From NCBI GenBank assembly GCA_038087875.1, contig CM075990.1, positions 2,110,001 to 2,174,000 of the forward strand: 64,000 nucleotides of DNA, given 5' to 3'. This DNA is from Malacoraja senta. Lineage: Eukaryota. Below the pieces are notes generated by a model. That model was not told the DNA's origin. It searched no databases and saw only the letters and a program-made list of their open reading frames with translations. The position numbers and the translations under genes are program-made. The stretch's first letter is position 1; each line of letters starts with the position of its first letter. Below are positions 52,400 through 64,000 of the stretch, in pieces.

Positions 52400-53100
52400 A
52401 GATAGATAGATAGATAGATAGATAGATATGCCTTTATTGTCGGTCAGACCGAAGTCTGGACGAAATTGCAGTAGTCATACATATAATACAATAAAAACAA
52501 CAATAAACACATATTAACATCCACCACAGTGAGTCCACCCAGCATCTCCTCACTGTGATGGAGGCAAAAGTCTTAGGTCTGCAGTCTCTTCCCTCCTCTT
52601 CTCCCTCTGCGCTGAGGCGATACCCCCCGGGCGATGTTAAATCAGTCCCGCGGCTCAAACACCGCGGCCCGGGGTGGTCTAAGCTGCCGCCCACCAGTCC
52701 TGCAGACGCAGCCGCTGGCCCGCGGCCGAACCCCGGACTCAGGCCACCACCGCCAGAACACCGTCCCAGCCAGCCTCAAGTGAGTACCGTGCCGTCTTCA
52801 GCCTCGGGCCGGGCCGCCCCGACATGGGCGCCGAACCTCCCTCGGGCTGCGAGCGCCGCACCTCCCCGAGCTCGGCCGCTCCAACGGGAGTCTCGTTCCA
52901 CCCTTGGGCTGGCCGCCCTCCCGCCCTCACGAGAGCGCCACAACATCTCACGGGAGCACTGTTCCAGCCCCGAGCCGGACCATCCTCACGGGAGCGAGCT
53001 CAGGGCGAGTCCTGACGGGCTCTGCCTCCGGAGCCTCGAGGTCATCAGCTCCATTAGGCCTCAGCGGAGACGGAGGCAGAGAAGGGGAATACGACAAAAA
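52400..53100 (-). mobile_element. CpG-rich non-autonomous retroposon with (TCTA)n tail, nested in an HE1 SINE
   Basis: SINE text GGAGTTT|GCACGTTCTCCC is split, with AGTTT duplicated; ACAATAAA signal before the tail. Confidence 0.65.
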
Positions 53101-53255
53101 AGTTTGCACGTTCTCCCTGTGACCGTGTGGGTTTTCTCCAGGTCCTCCAGTTTCCTCCCACATCCCAAAGACGTGCGGGTTTGTAGGCTAATTGGCCCTC
53201 TGTAAATTGCCCCCTAGTGTGTAGGGAGTGGATGAGAAAGTGAGGTAACATAAAC

Positions 53256-53559
53256 GGGCGGCACGGTGGCGCAGCGGTAGAGTTGCTGCTTATGGCGCCA
53301 GAGACCCGGGTTCGATCCTGACTACTGGTGCTGTTTGTATGGAGTTTGTACGTTCTCCCTGTGACCTGCGTGGATTTTCTCCGAGAACTTCGGCTTCCTC
53401 CCACACTCCAAACACGTACAGCTTTGCAGGTTAATTGGCTTTGGTATAATTGTCCCTGGTGTGTGTAGGATATTGTTAGTGTGCGGCGATCATTGGTCGG
53501 CGCGGACTCAGTGGGCCGAAGAGCCTGTTTCCACGCTGTATCTCTAAACTAAGCTAAAC
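53256..53559 (+). mobile_element. HE1-type V-SINE inserted inside another HE1 SINE
   Basis: Host SINE ...AACATAAAC resumes TAGTGTGAACGGG at 53560. Confidence 0.85.
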
Positions 53560-54213
53560 TAGTGTGAACGGGATATCAATGGTCAGCGTGGACTCGGTGG
53601 GCTGTTTCCATGCTGTGTCTCTAAACATGAGTTGACGACCTTCTGAATGTCTACACATGCCGATCCATTGCATCATATATATCTATTCAGTTATTTACAA
53701 CATCCAAAATAATTCTCATAGATTTGTCAATATGATTTATCTTCAATAAATCAGCATTGATTCTTCTCTTTCCTGTTCATCCCCTGCTATCGTTCATGTA
53801 GCCCCTCTCTAGACTAAGTCTGCAAAGAAAGAATGTTATAAGAGGTAGCTTGAAGGCACTGTTATTAACTCTCAGCATGCCACTCTTAATTGATTCCAGC
53901 TCTTTTTCCTGTAACCATATCTCAGTTTCTCTCTCTCTCTCTCTCTCCTTTTCCTCCCCCCCTATAATTGTGCGATTACATTTGCTACCTTTCAGTATTC
54001 TTGAGTGGATGGAATTTTGGAAGACCCATTATCCACGTGGACTAGTAGGAAAAAGGAACAGCAAATGTTTGGTATACAAATAAAAAGGCGCAAAGTGCTG
54101 GAGTAACTCGACAGGTTTAGTTTAGTTTAGTTTAGAAATACAGCGTGGAAACAAGTTCTTTGGCCCACTGAGTCTGCACCGACCAGCGATCCCCGTACAC
54201 TAGCACTATCCCC

Positions 54214-54354
54214 CTTCTTCTTCTAGTGTATGGCGTGCACAGCCTAAAGTTGTAGGGCAACTTGTTTTATTTGATCTTATTTGATTATGCACGCCAGGTT
54301 GATTGCATTCGTCGAAACAGGGCGGACCAGGTGAAGGTTGCAATCTCCCACCCC
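54214..54354 (-). mobile_element. ~141-nt ribozyme-headed mini-retroelement (possibly Ingi/Vingi-dependent) with (GAA)n tail
   Basis: TSD AGCACTA(T/C)CC at 54202-54211 and 54355-54364 inside an HE1 SINE; 5' HDV-like fold; 3' stem GGCGTGCATA/TGTGCACGCC; GAAGAAGAAG tail. Confidence 0.85.
54301..54354 (-). ncRNA. Minimal HDV-like (CPEB3-type) self-cleaving ribozyme motif
   Basis: GGGGUGG(P1) GA GAUUGCA(P2) ACC(P3) UUCACCU(L3) GGU(P3') CCGCCCU(P1') GU UUCGA CGAA(J4/2) UGCAAUC(P2'). Confidence 0.85.
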
Positions 54355-56842
54355 AGCACTACCCTACACACTAGGGACAAGTTATAATTTTACTGAAGCC
54401 AATTAACCTACAAACCTGTACTTCTTTGGAATATTGGAGGAAACTGGAGCACCCAGAGAAAACCCACGCTGTCACGGGGAGAACGCACAAACTCTGTACG
54501 GAAAAGCACCCGTAGTCAGGATCGAACCCAGATCTTGTTTGCACGGAAAATAAAAAATAAACTCAGGCAAATAAGCTGGAGAAGTGGTTCTACATGTTTG
54601 TAAGTAAACCATGACAACGTTTGGAGTGAACCATTAGTCTTTTATTAAGATCATGCAGAGAGAATGTCACATTAGCTCACTTACTAACTGCAGTAGCATA
54701 ACGACTGGCTGTCAAAGGTACAGTACTCATGATGCCCAAAACCCGGACTGGATTACATGGTGGAATGTGTGACATGCGTGATATGTGTAGTGGAGATTAT
54801 ATAGGCATGGATTAATATGGCTAATCTACAGGTCTCTGGCGCTGAGAGACAGCAACTCTACCGCTGCGCCACCGTGCCGCCCCTCAAGACGTTTTCTTGA
54901 GTGTATGGATTTCTGGAAGGTGGCAACCAGCGTAACCCGTTATCTCCCCAGACCAGTAGGGTCAAGGAACTGTAAATGCTGAGCTTACAAAAAAAAGACA
55001 CGAAGTCCTGGAGTAACTCGATAGATCAGGCAGCATCTCTGGAGAACATAGGTAGGGGATGTTTTGTGCTGGGACCCTTCTTCACACTATCTTCATCGAC
55101 TCTCCATAGAAAGGAGCCAAAACCAGGCGACTTGTGTATACCACACAGTGGGCTGTTTCTACGCATCATGTCCTTAATCGGGGATTGTACAATGTCTGTG
55201 CTGAACATGATGCCAAGAAAAACTAATCTCATCTGCCAGCACGTGATCCCTCTATCCCTCTATCCCCTGCATATCCATGTGCCTATCCAAAAACCTTGTG
55301 AATGCCTCTATCGTATCTACCTCCGCCACCACCCCAGGCACCTGCCTACCCCCCACCTCTCATTTACACTTTGGCTTTAGACATATAGCACGGAATCAGG
55401 CCCTTCGGCCCATCGAGTCCGCGCCAACCAGCATCGCCCCATATACTAGCACTATCCTATACACGAGGGACAATTTACAATCTTTACCGAGGCAAATAAG
55501 CCTACAAACCTGTGGGTCTTTGGAGTGTGGGAGGAAACTGGAGCACCCGGAGAAAACCCACGTAGTCACAAGGAGAACGTACAAACTCTGCGCTGGCCTC
55601 TTTCACCTTAAATCTATGCCCTCTAGTCTTTGACAAATCCAACCAGGGAGAAAGGTTCTGACTGTCTACCCTATCCATGCCTGTAATAGTTGTATAAACT
55701 TCTCTCATCTCCCCTCAGCCTCCAAAGCTCCAGAGAAAAAAATCCCAAGTGTCCAAACTCTCCTTATAGGTAACATCCTCTAACCCAGACAGCATTCTGG
55801 TAATAGACACAGAGCGCTGGCGTACCTCAGCGTCTCAGGCAGCATCACTGGAGATAAAGGAACGGTGCTGTTTTGGGTCGGGACCCTTTTTCTCTGGGGA
55901 CTTGGAAGAAGGGTCCTGGCCCAGTCCGTCACCCATCCTGTTTCTCGAGAGATGCCGTCTGACCCGCTGAGTTACTCCAGCAATTTGTGTCCATCTTCGG
56001 TACAAACCAGCATCTGCAGTTCCTTCTAAAGCATTCTGGTAACTTCTTCTGCACCCTTTCTAATGACAGAAGCTCAAAAGATGGAAGTTAGCAATTTGGG
56101 CCAAGATTATGTGCTGACACCAGACTTTCAACAGCTGTATCTGCTTAGCACAGCACACTTTCAACGCATGTTTACAGCAAAATATGCACCGCATCCCTAA
56201 TGTATTAATCCCCAGACACTTGCCTACACCAGGTTCAAGAATCCATGACCATTTTGTGCAAAGGTTTGGAAATTATGTCTTGCACTCTGAAGGACACATA
56301 GCAGTTGGAGGAGTGGGGAGCTTATTTTCTTCAACAATATTCTTTATTCTTAATAGAAAATAAATACAAAACAATAACCATGCAAAACTCAGTGTGACTG
56401 TACATTCAATATTGCTAGTGTTATACACAGTAGTTTACATAGAGCATATATCAGCAGAGATGCTGCTTGTCCCACTGAGTTACTCCAATATTTTGTCAGT
56501 TTAAACCAACATCTGCAGTTCTTCCCTACATAGAACAGTACATATAGCATCAGAACGGGCCCTTCAGCCCAAAATGTCTGTGCCGAGCATGATGCCAAGT
56601 TAAACTGACCTCATCTGCCTGTAAATGATCCATTACCCTCTAATTCCCTGCATTTCCATGTGCCTGTCTAAAAGCCTCTTAAACACCACTATCGTATCTG
56701 CCTCCACCGTGGGCCACCCCTGGGTATGTGTTCCAGGCCTCCACCACTCTGCCTCAGAGGGCGGTGGAGGCAGGTTCTCTGGATGCTTTCAAGAGAGAGC
56801 TAGATAGGGCTCTTCAAAATAGCAGAGTCAGGGGATATAGAT

Positions 56843-57471
56843 ACATAGAAACATAGAAAATAGGTGCAGGAGTAGGCCATTCAGCCCTTTCGAGTCTGCA
56901 CCGCCATTCAATATGATCATGGCTGATCATCCAACTCAGTATCCCGTACCTGCCTTCTCTCCATACACCCTGATCCCTTTAGCCACAAGGGCCACATCTA
57001 ACTCCCTCTTAAATATAGCCAATGAACTGGCCTCAACTACCCTCTGTGGCAGAGAGTTCCAGAGATTCACCCACTCTCTGTGTGAAAAAGTTTTTTCTCA
57101 TCTCGGTCTTAAAGGATTTCCCCCTTATCCTTAAGCTGTGACCCCTTGTTCTGGACTTCCCCAACATCGGGAACAATCTTCCTGCATCTAGCCTGTCCAA
57201 CCCCATAAGAATTTTGTACGTTTCTATAAGATCCCCTCTCAATCTCCTAAATTCTAGCGAGTATAAGCCAAGTCTATCCAGTCTTTCTTCATATGAAAGT
57301 CCTGACATCCAGGAATCAGTCTGGTGAACCTTCTCTGCACTCCCTCTATGGCTATAATGTCCTTCCTCAGATTTGGAGACCAAAACTGTACGCAATACTC
57401 CAGGTGTGGTCTCACCAAGACCCTGTACAACTGCAGTAGAACCTCCCTGCAGTTGTACAGGGTCTTGGTGA
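56843..57471 (-). mobile_element. Young CR1 copy with (TTCTATGT)n-type tail and 5' fold-back, nested in two other CR1s
   Basis: [32 protein letters not shown] in ORF 57033..57527; 25-bp inverted repeat at 57412-57471. Confidence 0.88.
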
Positions 57472-58614
57472 TATATTGGTAGAAGGCAGGAACGGGGTAC
57501 TGATTGGGGATGATCAGTCATGATCACATTGAATGGCGGTGCTGGCTCGAAGGGCCGAATGGCCTACTCCTGCACCTATTGTCTATTGTCTATTATCTGT
57601 GTAAAAAACTTGCCCCTCACAACTCCATTACACTTTCCCCCTCTCACCTTACAGCTACGCCCTCTAGTGTTGGACGTTTCCACCCTGGGGAAAAGGTTCT
57701 GACTGTCTACCCTGTCTATGCCTCTCTAATGTTGTACACTTCTATCAAGTCTCCCCTCAACCTCCGATGTTACGAGAAAACAATCCAACAACATGGCAAC
57801 CTCTCCCTGTAGCTGAAACCCTCTACTCCGGGCAGCATTGTGGTAAACCTCCTCTGCTCCTTCTCCAAAGCCTCCACATCCTTCCTGTAACGGGGCAACC
57901 AGAACTGCACCCAATACTCCAAATGTGGCCTGACCTTAGTCCTATAGATCTGCCTACAGAGTTTAGTTTAGTGATACAGCATGGAAATCGGCCCTTCACA
58001 TTAATTCTATGCTATCCCACTTTCCTATCCACTCCCTACACACTGGTGACAACTTGCCCACTCCGACCAACATGTTCCGTTCACACTAGTCCCACCTGCC
58101 CGCGTTTGGCCCATATCTCTCTAAACTCTTCCTATCTATGTACCTGTCTAAATCTATCTTAAGCACTGTGATAGTCCCAGCCTCAACTACCTCCTCTGCA
58201 GCTTGTTCCATACACCCACCACCCTTTGTGTAAAAAAGTAACCCCTCAGATTTCCTATTAAATCATTCCCCCCTCACTTTAAACCTATGTCCTCTGGTTT
58301 TCGATTCCCCTACAGTGAACAAGAGACTGTGCATCTACCCGATCTATTCCTCGTGATTTTGTACACCTCTATAAGATCACCCCTTGTCCCCCTGCAACCA
58401 AGGAATAGAGTCCCAGCCTACTCAACCTCTCCCTATAGCTCACACCCTCTAGTCCTGGCAACATCCTCGTAAATCTTCTCGGCACCCTTTCCAGTTTGTA
58501 CGTTTCACTGTGTTATGTGTTATGTGTGCAAAGCCGGACTGTGTTAAATGTCACTAATGGACCCCACAGGCAGCAGTTTGAAAATATTCAGACTGGATTA
58601 GAAAGTTGCTTGCC

Positions 58615-58945
58615 TCCCCTCTCTCACACTCACACTCACACTCACTCTCACTCACTCACTCACCTCAGTCTAACCCCTTCCCTCTCCCTCTCACTCTCCC
58701 TCTCCCTCTCTCATTCTCACTCACTCTCTCACCCTCTTTCTCTCATTATCACTTTCTCTCTCTCCCACTCACTCACACTCACTCGTTCCCTCTCCCCCTC
58801 TCCCACACTCACTCACTCACTCACCCACTCACTCACTCACTCACTCACCTCAGTCCAACTCCCTCCCTCTCCCCCTCTCCCTCTCCCTCTCTCACTCTCA
58901 CTCACTCATTGTCACTTTCTACCTCTCCCACCCCCGCTCCCCTCC
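58615..58945. repeat. Pyrimidine-rich (CT/CACT)n low-complexity tract
   Basis: Direct reading. Confidence 0.9.
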
Positions 58946-58959
58946 CTGTGCCCCCAGAG

Positions 58960-59245
58960 CTCCTGTCGCTGCTCGCTGTCCCGGATCCCACAGTGTGGAG
59001 GGAGGGGAGGGGAGGGGAGGGGAGGACGAGGCGAGAGATGAGCGTTGAGGCGGGGAGGCTGACGTGTTGCTCGGGGCTGGGTTTAAGCGCTGGGCTGAGT
59101 CTCTCCCGCTCTCTGTGTGGGGAGAGGAGCCGGAGAGAGCGGACCTACTACATACATACACCACACCACACTGGACTGGACCGTTCTTGTAGAGGACCGG
59201 AGGATTGGCGAATATATTCCTCGGGACCGTTTGTTTCAGGTGAGT
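58960..59245 (+). promoter_or_regulatory. Candidate promoter and non-coding first exon of an unidentified host gene
   Basis: Unique CpG-retaining sequence; GC box GAGGCGGGGA (59047), TGACGT (59060), TATA-like TTTAAG (59082), consensus donor CAG|GTGAGT at 59239/59240. Confidence 0.45.
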
Positions 59246-59277
59246 GAGTGAATGGACTAGACTGTGTGTGGAGGTGA

Positions 59278-59772
59278 TGGGGAGAGAGGGGGCAGAGAGA
59301 GGGAGGGAGAGAGGGGGCAGAGAGTGACAGAGGGCAGAGAGAGAGGGGGGCAGAGAGTGACAGAGGGGAGAGAGGGCAGGGAGAGAGAGGGCAGAGAGAG
59401 AGAGGGCAGAGAAAGAGAGGGCAGAGAGAGAAGGGGGAGAGAAAAGGGGGGAGAGAGAAAGGGGGAGAGAGGAGAGAGAGAGAGAGAGGGAGGAGGGAGA
59501 GGGAGAAGGGGGGGAGAGAGAGAAGGGGGAGTGAGAGAAGGAGGGAGAGAGAGAAGGGGGAAAGAGAAGGGGGGGAGAGAGAAGGGGGAGAGAGGGAAGG
59601 GGTGAGAGAAGGAGGGAGAGAGAGAGGGGGGAGAGAGAAGGGGGAGAGAGAGAAGGGGGAGAGAGAAGGGGGGAGAGAGAAGGGGGGAGAGAGGTTGGAG
59701 AGAAGGGGGGAGAGAGAGAAGGGGGAGATAGAGAAGGGGGGAGAGAGGTTGGAGAGAAGGGGGAGAGGGGAG
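59278..59772. repeat. Polypurine (GA/GGGGGAGA)n tract
   Basis: ~490 bp, almost entirely G and A. Confidence 0.95.
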
Positions 59773-59900
59773 TGAGTAGCTGCCTTCCACTAGGACTATA
59801 TTTCCCGGCGCTGCTTTGCTAATTGTTCCCAGTCGCTGCCTGTTGCAACTATTTTCCCTCGCCTCTGCACTTTCCCTATGGTGTGAGTTTGTCTGGCGGT

Positions 59901-59978
59901 CTGCTGCTGCTGCTTCTGCTGCTGCTTCTGCTGCTGCTGCTGCTTCTTCTGCTGCTTCTCCTGCTGCTGCTGCTGCTG
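59901..59978. repeat. (CTG)n/(CTT) trinucleotide repeat
   Basis: Direct reading, 26 triplets. Confidence 0.95.
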
Positions 59979-60587
59979 TCTGAGTTGACAGCTTGTCCTC
60001 TATTTAAGAGTGAATTATCAGCGTGTGAAGAGTGGGATCGGGGCTGAGACTCTCACCGGCGCCGCCACTAACTTTCTTTGAATTATTTTGACTTCTGAGC
60101 TGTTGTTTAAGGAGACGTTTGAACCAGAACAAGAAACCACACCGTTTTGCAACCGAGCTCCCAACTTATAATCTCAAAAACGGCAATATTTTTGCAATGT
60201 TCATTTTTTTTGTAAATGTGCACACAAAGTTTCTTTAAAAATAGCGATTCCTGCAGGATAGGGTTTGGAAAGAGGCCAGGGCGAAATGCAAACTAGCTTG
60301 TACATTGAAGGGTTTAATGTGACAAGTTCTGTGTTTACAGTGTCATGTTCAGTAATGGGTGTAATAAGACTCCTTGAGTTATTTTTGGGGGGGGGGGGGG
60401 GAGAAAATGGCTCCACAATTTTTCTCAAACCCCACAAGACCAAGAGTTTGACAGCAAACCCGAGTGAGTGGGAGGTAGAGAGGGAGTTGTGTAGTTAATG
60501 ATTGCTGTAGCTGGGGCGGCGAGACCGGCGACTGAGCCGAGCGGGATAGAGAGGCAACGGGACCACACCAGCTGGTCTTGGCCGGGA

Positions 60588-60591
<4 letters not shown>

Positions 60592-60654
<63 letters not shown>

Positions 60655-60676
60655 ATACACACACACACACACACAG

Positions 60677-60747
<71 letters not shown>

Positions 60748-60779
60748 ATACACACACACACAGACACACACACACACAG

Positions 60780-60821
<42 letters not shown>

Positions 60822-60898
60822 ATACACACACACACACATACACACACACAGACACACACACACACACACACAGACACACACACACACACACAGACACA

Positions 60899-60939
<41 letters not shown>

Positions 60940-61051
60940 AGACACACACACACACACACACGCACACACAGACACACACACACACACACACAGACACACA
61001 GACACACACACACACACACACACACTACACACACACACACACACACACACA

Positions 61052-61094
<43 letters not shown>

Positions 61095-61234
61095 ACACAC
61101 ACACACACACAGACACACACACACACACAGACACACACACACACACACAGACACACACACACACACACACACACAGACACACACACACACACACGCACAC
61201 AGACACACACACACAGACACACACACACACACAG

Positions 61235-61311
<77 letters not shown>

Positions 61312-61331
61312 CACACACACACACACACAGG

Positions 61332-61363
<32 letters not shown>

Positions 61364-61722
61364 GACACACACACACACACACAGGCACACACACACACAC
61401 ACAGGCACACACAGACACAGACACACACACACACAGACACACACACAGACACACACACACAGACACACACACACACAGCCGCACACACAGGAGACAGATA
61501 CACAAACACAGACGCAGACACACACAGACACACACACAGACAGACAGAAGGACGCACACAGAGACACACATACAGACACACACATACAGACACATACACA
61601 GTTAGATACTCAGACACACACATACAGACACACAGACAGACACCAGACAAAGACAGACAGACACACACACACACAGAGAAAACACACACACACACCGGCA
61701 GACACACACACACACACACACG
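60592..61722. repeat. 1.1-kb complex (CA)n microsatellite with CAGA/CATA interruptions
   Basis: Direct reading. Confidence 0.97.
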
Positions 61723-62771
61723 CAAAGAGACAGAGAGGCAAAAGCCACGCAGGTGACAGGGAGAAGGTACAAAGTCCCCACAGACACCACCCGTAGTCAG
61801 GAAGAGGGAGAGAGATTGTTCACAATGTATTTGTGCTGTGATGTAAGGTAGACAAAAAAGCTGGAGCAACTCAGCGGGTGAGGCAGCGTCTATGGAGCGA
61901 AGGAATAGGCGACGTTTCTTCAGACCCTGTGATGTAGGTACTTCCCCCCTCCCCCCTCCTCCCTCCTCCCTGCCCACTTGCCCCCTTCTCTCCCCCACCC
62001 CCTCCTTCTGCCCCCACCCAGTTTGCCAGCACCAGCAGTGTTTGTGCCACCTCATCATTGGCTGATTGGATCTGTCGGCATTATCTAGTCCTGCACACAA
62101 CTAGAAATGCAAACAGTTTCTGCCAATCCGCCTTGTTAATTAATTGCTAAGAGACCTGTCATCATAATTCTTTGTGACAGTGTGACAAGGCCCAGGGTGC
62201 TGCACCCTTCCCTCTTGTGTGTGTGCTCAGTTTCAGTAACACCTTGCACTCTCCACTGACCCCAGCATTTACTTACTATTGTACATCTCCTCCATTAGCG
62301 TCTGCTTTGATCTGTCCTTTTCACGCCTTACATGCTCTCCGCACCCATCCATGTCTCTAGTTTCCCTCTCCCCTGACTCCCAGTCTGCTTATAAGGTGTT
62401 TAAGAAGGAACTGCGGATGCTGGAAAATCGAAGGTAGACAAAAGTGCTGGAGAAACTCAGCGGGTGAGGCAGCATCTATGGAGCGAAGGAAATAGGCAAC
62501 GCCTCACCCACTGAGTTTCTCCAGCACTTTTGTCTACCTGCTTATAAGGTCATAAGTGATAGGAGCAGAATTAGGCCATTCGGCCCATCGAGTCTACCCC
62601 ATCATTCAATCATGGCTGATCTATCTCTCCCTCCTAACCCCATTCTCCTGCCTTCTCCCCATAACATCCCGACCCGAAACGTCACCCATTCCTTCTCTCA
62701 GGAGATGCTGCCTGTCCCGCTGAGTTACTCCAGCATTTTGTGTCTGTCCCCTGATGAGATGGTCAAACACA

Positions 62772-63160
62772 ATTGGAATGGATTGGAATACTTTATTGTC
62801 ACATGTGACTGGGCACAGTGAGCATCTTAGCTGCGTACCCAATGTATACAAATAGCAGGCACCTACAGAGCTGACAAAGTTACAAAGGCTTCACCACCGC
62901 CAAGCCCTCACCGCTGTCGACGCCCCACTTAACGTCCCCTTGGTGCTGACCCGGGCCTCAGCCATGGGCTCCACCGACCCGGACTCCGACCCGTGAGGCC
63001 CGGCTCCTCCGTCCCGGCCAGGCCCCGTCCCCGGCTTCTACGCGGCGATCCGGGAGGCATCGAGACCGCGGAGCCTCGATAAAGGCCTCCGGCCACGTTC
63101 CCTGTCCACAGCCGTGGCCCCACCGTCGGGAAGCTTCTGGCCGCGCGGCTTTGGAATTGG
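62772..63160 (-). mobile_element. Unclassified CpG-rich non-autonomous retroposon
   Basis: 3' TGTGACAATAAA plus (ATTCC)-type tail; CpG-rich body; AATTGGAA on both flanks. Confidence 0.5.
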
Positions 63161-64000
63161 AAGTAGTCAAGAGTGTTGTATTGTCATATGTCCCAGATAG
63201 AACAATGAAACGGTTACTTACTGGCAGCAGCACAGGATATGTAAACATTGTACGGTAGTTCCATGTGTACACGCACACACTATGTTTACTTATTCTGCTG
63301 TGCTGCTGCCAGGAAGAATTTCATATATATATATGTTCATAGAAATATATGTTCACACACACATGTGTATGTGTATATATATATATATGTGTGTGTGTGC
63401 GTGTGTGTGTGTGCGCACATGTGTGTGTTATATAAGCGTATCTGTAAGATAAAGTCTGATTAAAGATAGTTCGAGGGTCTCCAATGAGGTTGATGGGAGG
63501 TCAGGACCGCTCTCTAGTTGATGATAGGATGGTTCAGTTGCCTGATAACTGCTGAGAAGAAACTGTCCTGAATCTGGAGGTGAGCGTTTGTTTTCACACT
63601 TCTGTACCTCTTGCCTGATGGGAGAGGGGAGAAGAGGGAGTGACCGGGGTGAGACTGGTCCTTGATTATGCTGCTGGCCTTGCCGAGGCAGCGTGAGGTG
63701 TAGATGGAGTCAGTGGAAGGGAGGTTGGTTTGTGTGATGGTCTGGGCTGCGTCCACAACTCTGTGCAGTAGGGTGGGGCTGTGCGGGGGGGGGGGGGAGT
63801 ATGAATCTTTTGGACAAGTATGAGGCTCTGTTGCCAGGCTGTGTGTGTGGCCACAGTGTCGGTACATATTCACACCCCAATGCCCGGGGGGGGGGGGGGG
63901 GGGGGAGGGCTTGGCACTGGTTTATTGCTGTAGCATCTACTGGGATACAATCAATCACTTTTGTTTGCATGCAATCCATCATCAGACCAGGGTGTACACA

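Noticed and set aside
53020..53060. CTGATGA plus hairpin CCTCGAGG on the minus strand as a hammerhead
   Set aside because: No GAAA follows stem II, so the core is incomplete
52555..53205. 216-aa Pro/Arg/Ser-rich ORF
   Set aside because: By-product of a GC-rich repeat body; crosses into SINE sequence
59823..60047. Poly-Leu ORF resembling a signal peptide (poly-Gln/Ser/Ala on the other strand)
   Set aside because: Explained by the CTG repeat; no supporting exon structure or recognisable domain

Overview
Repeat-saturated vertebrate genomic DNA. The repeat complement (HE1-type V-SINEs, HER1/CR1 LINEs, Rex1/Babar, L2, Penelope-derived elements) points to an elasmobranch, probably a skate or ray (inference). 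No host protein-coding exon is identifiable; a candidate promoter and first exon lies near 59.0-59.2 kb. Main features: (i) a full-length but decayed 4.85-kb DIRS1-type tyrosine-recombinase retrotransposon (11077-15926, minus), plus an internally deleted 1.2-kb relative (18640-19824); both keep ITR/ICR termini and share a pair of splice donors in the leader; (ii) a ~141-nt mini-retroelement (54214-54354, minus) whose first 54 nt fold into a minimal CPEB3/HDV-like ribozyme, followed by a stem-loop and (GAA)n tail, flanked by a TSD; (iii) well over a dozen Penelope-derived short elements carrying minimal hammerhead ribozyme cores; (iv) a PIF/Harbinger-type MITE, hAT fragments and very long complex (GT)n/(CA)n microsatellites. 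Most ORF-track entries are repeat fragments or microsatellite artefacts. Boundaries were read by eye; those of decayed repeats are approximate.
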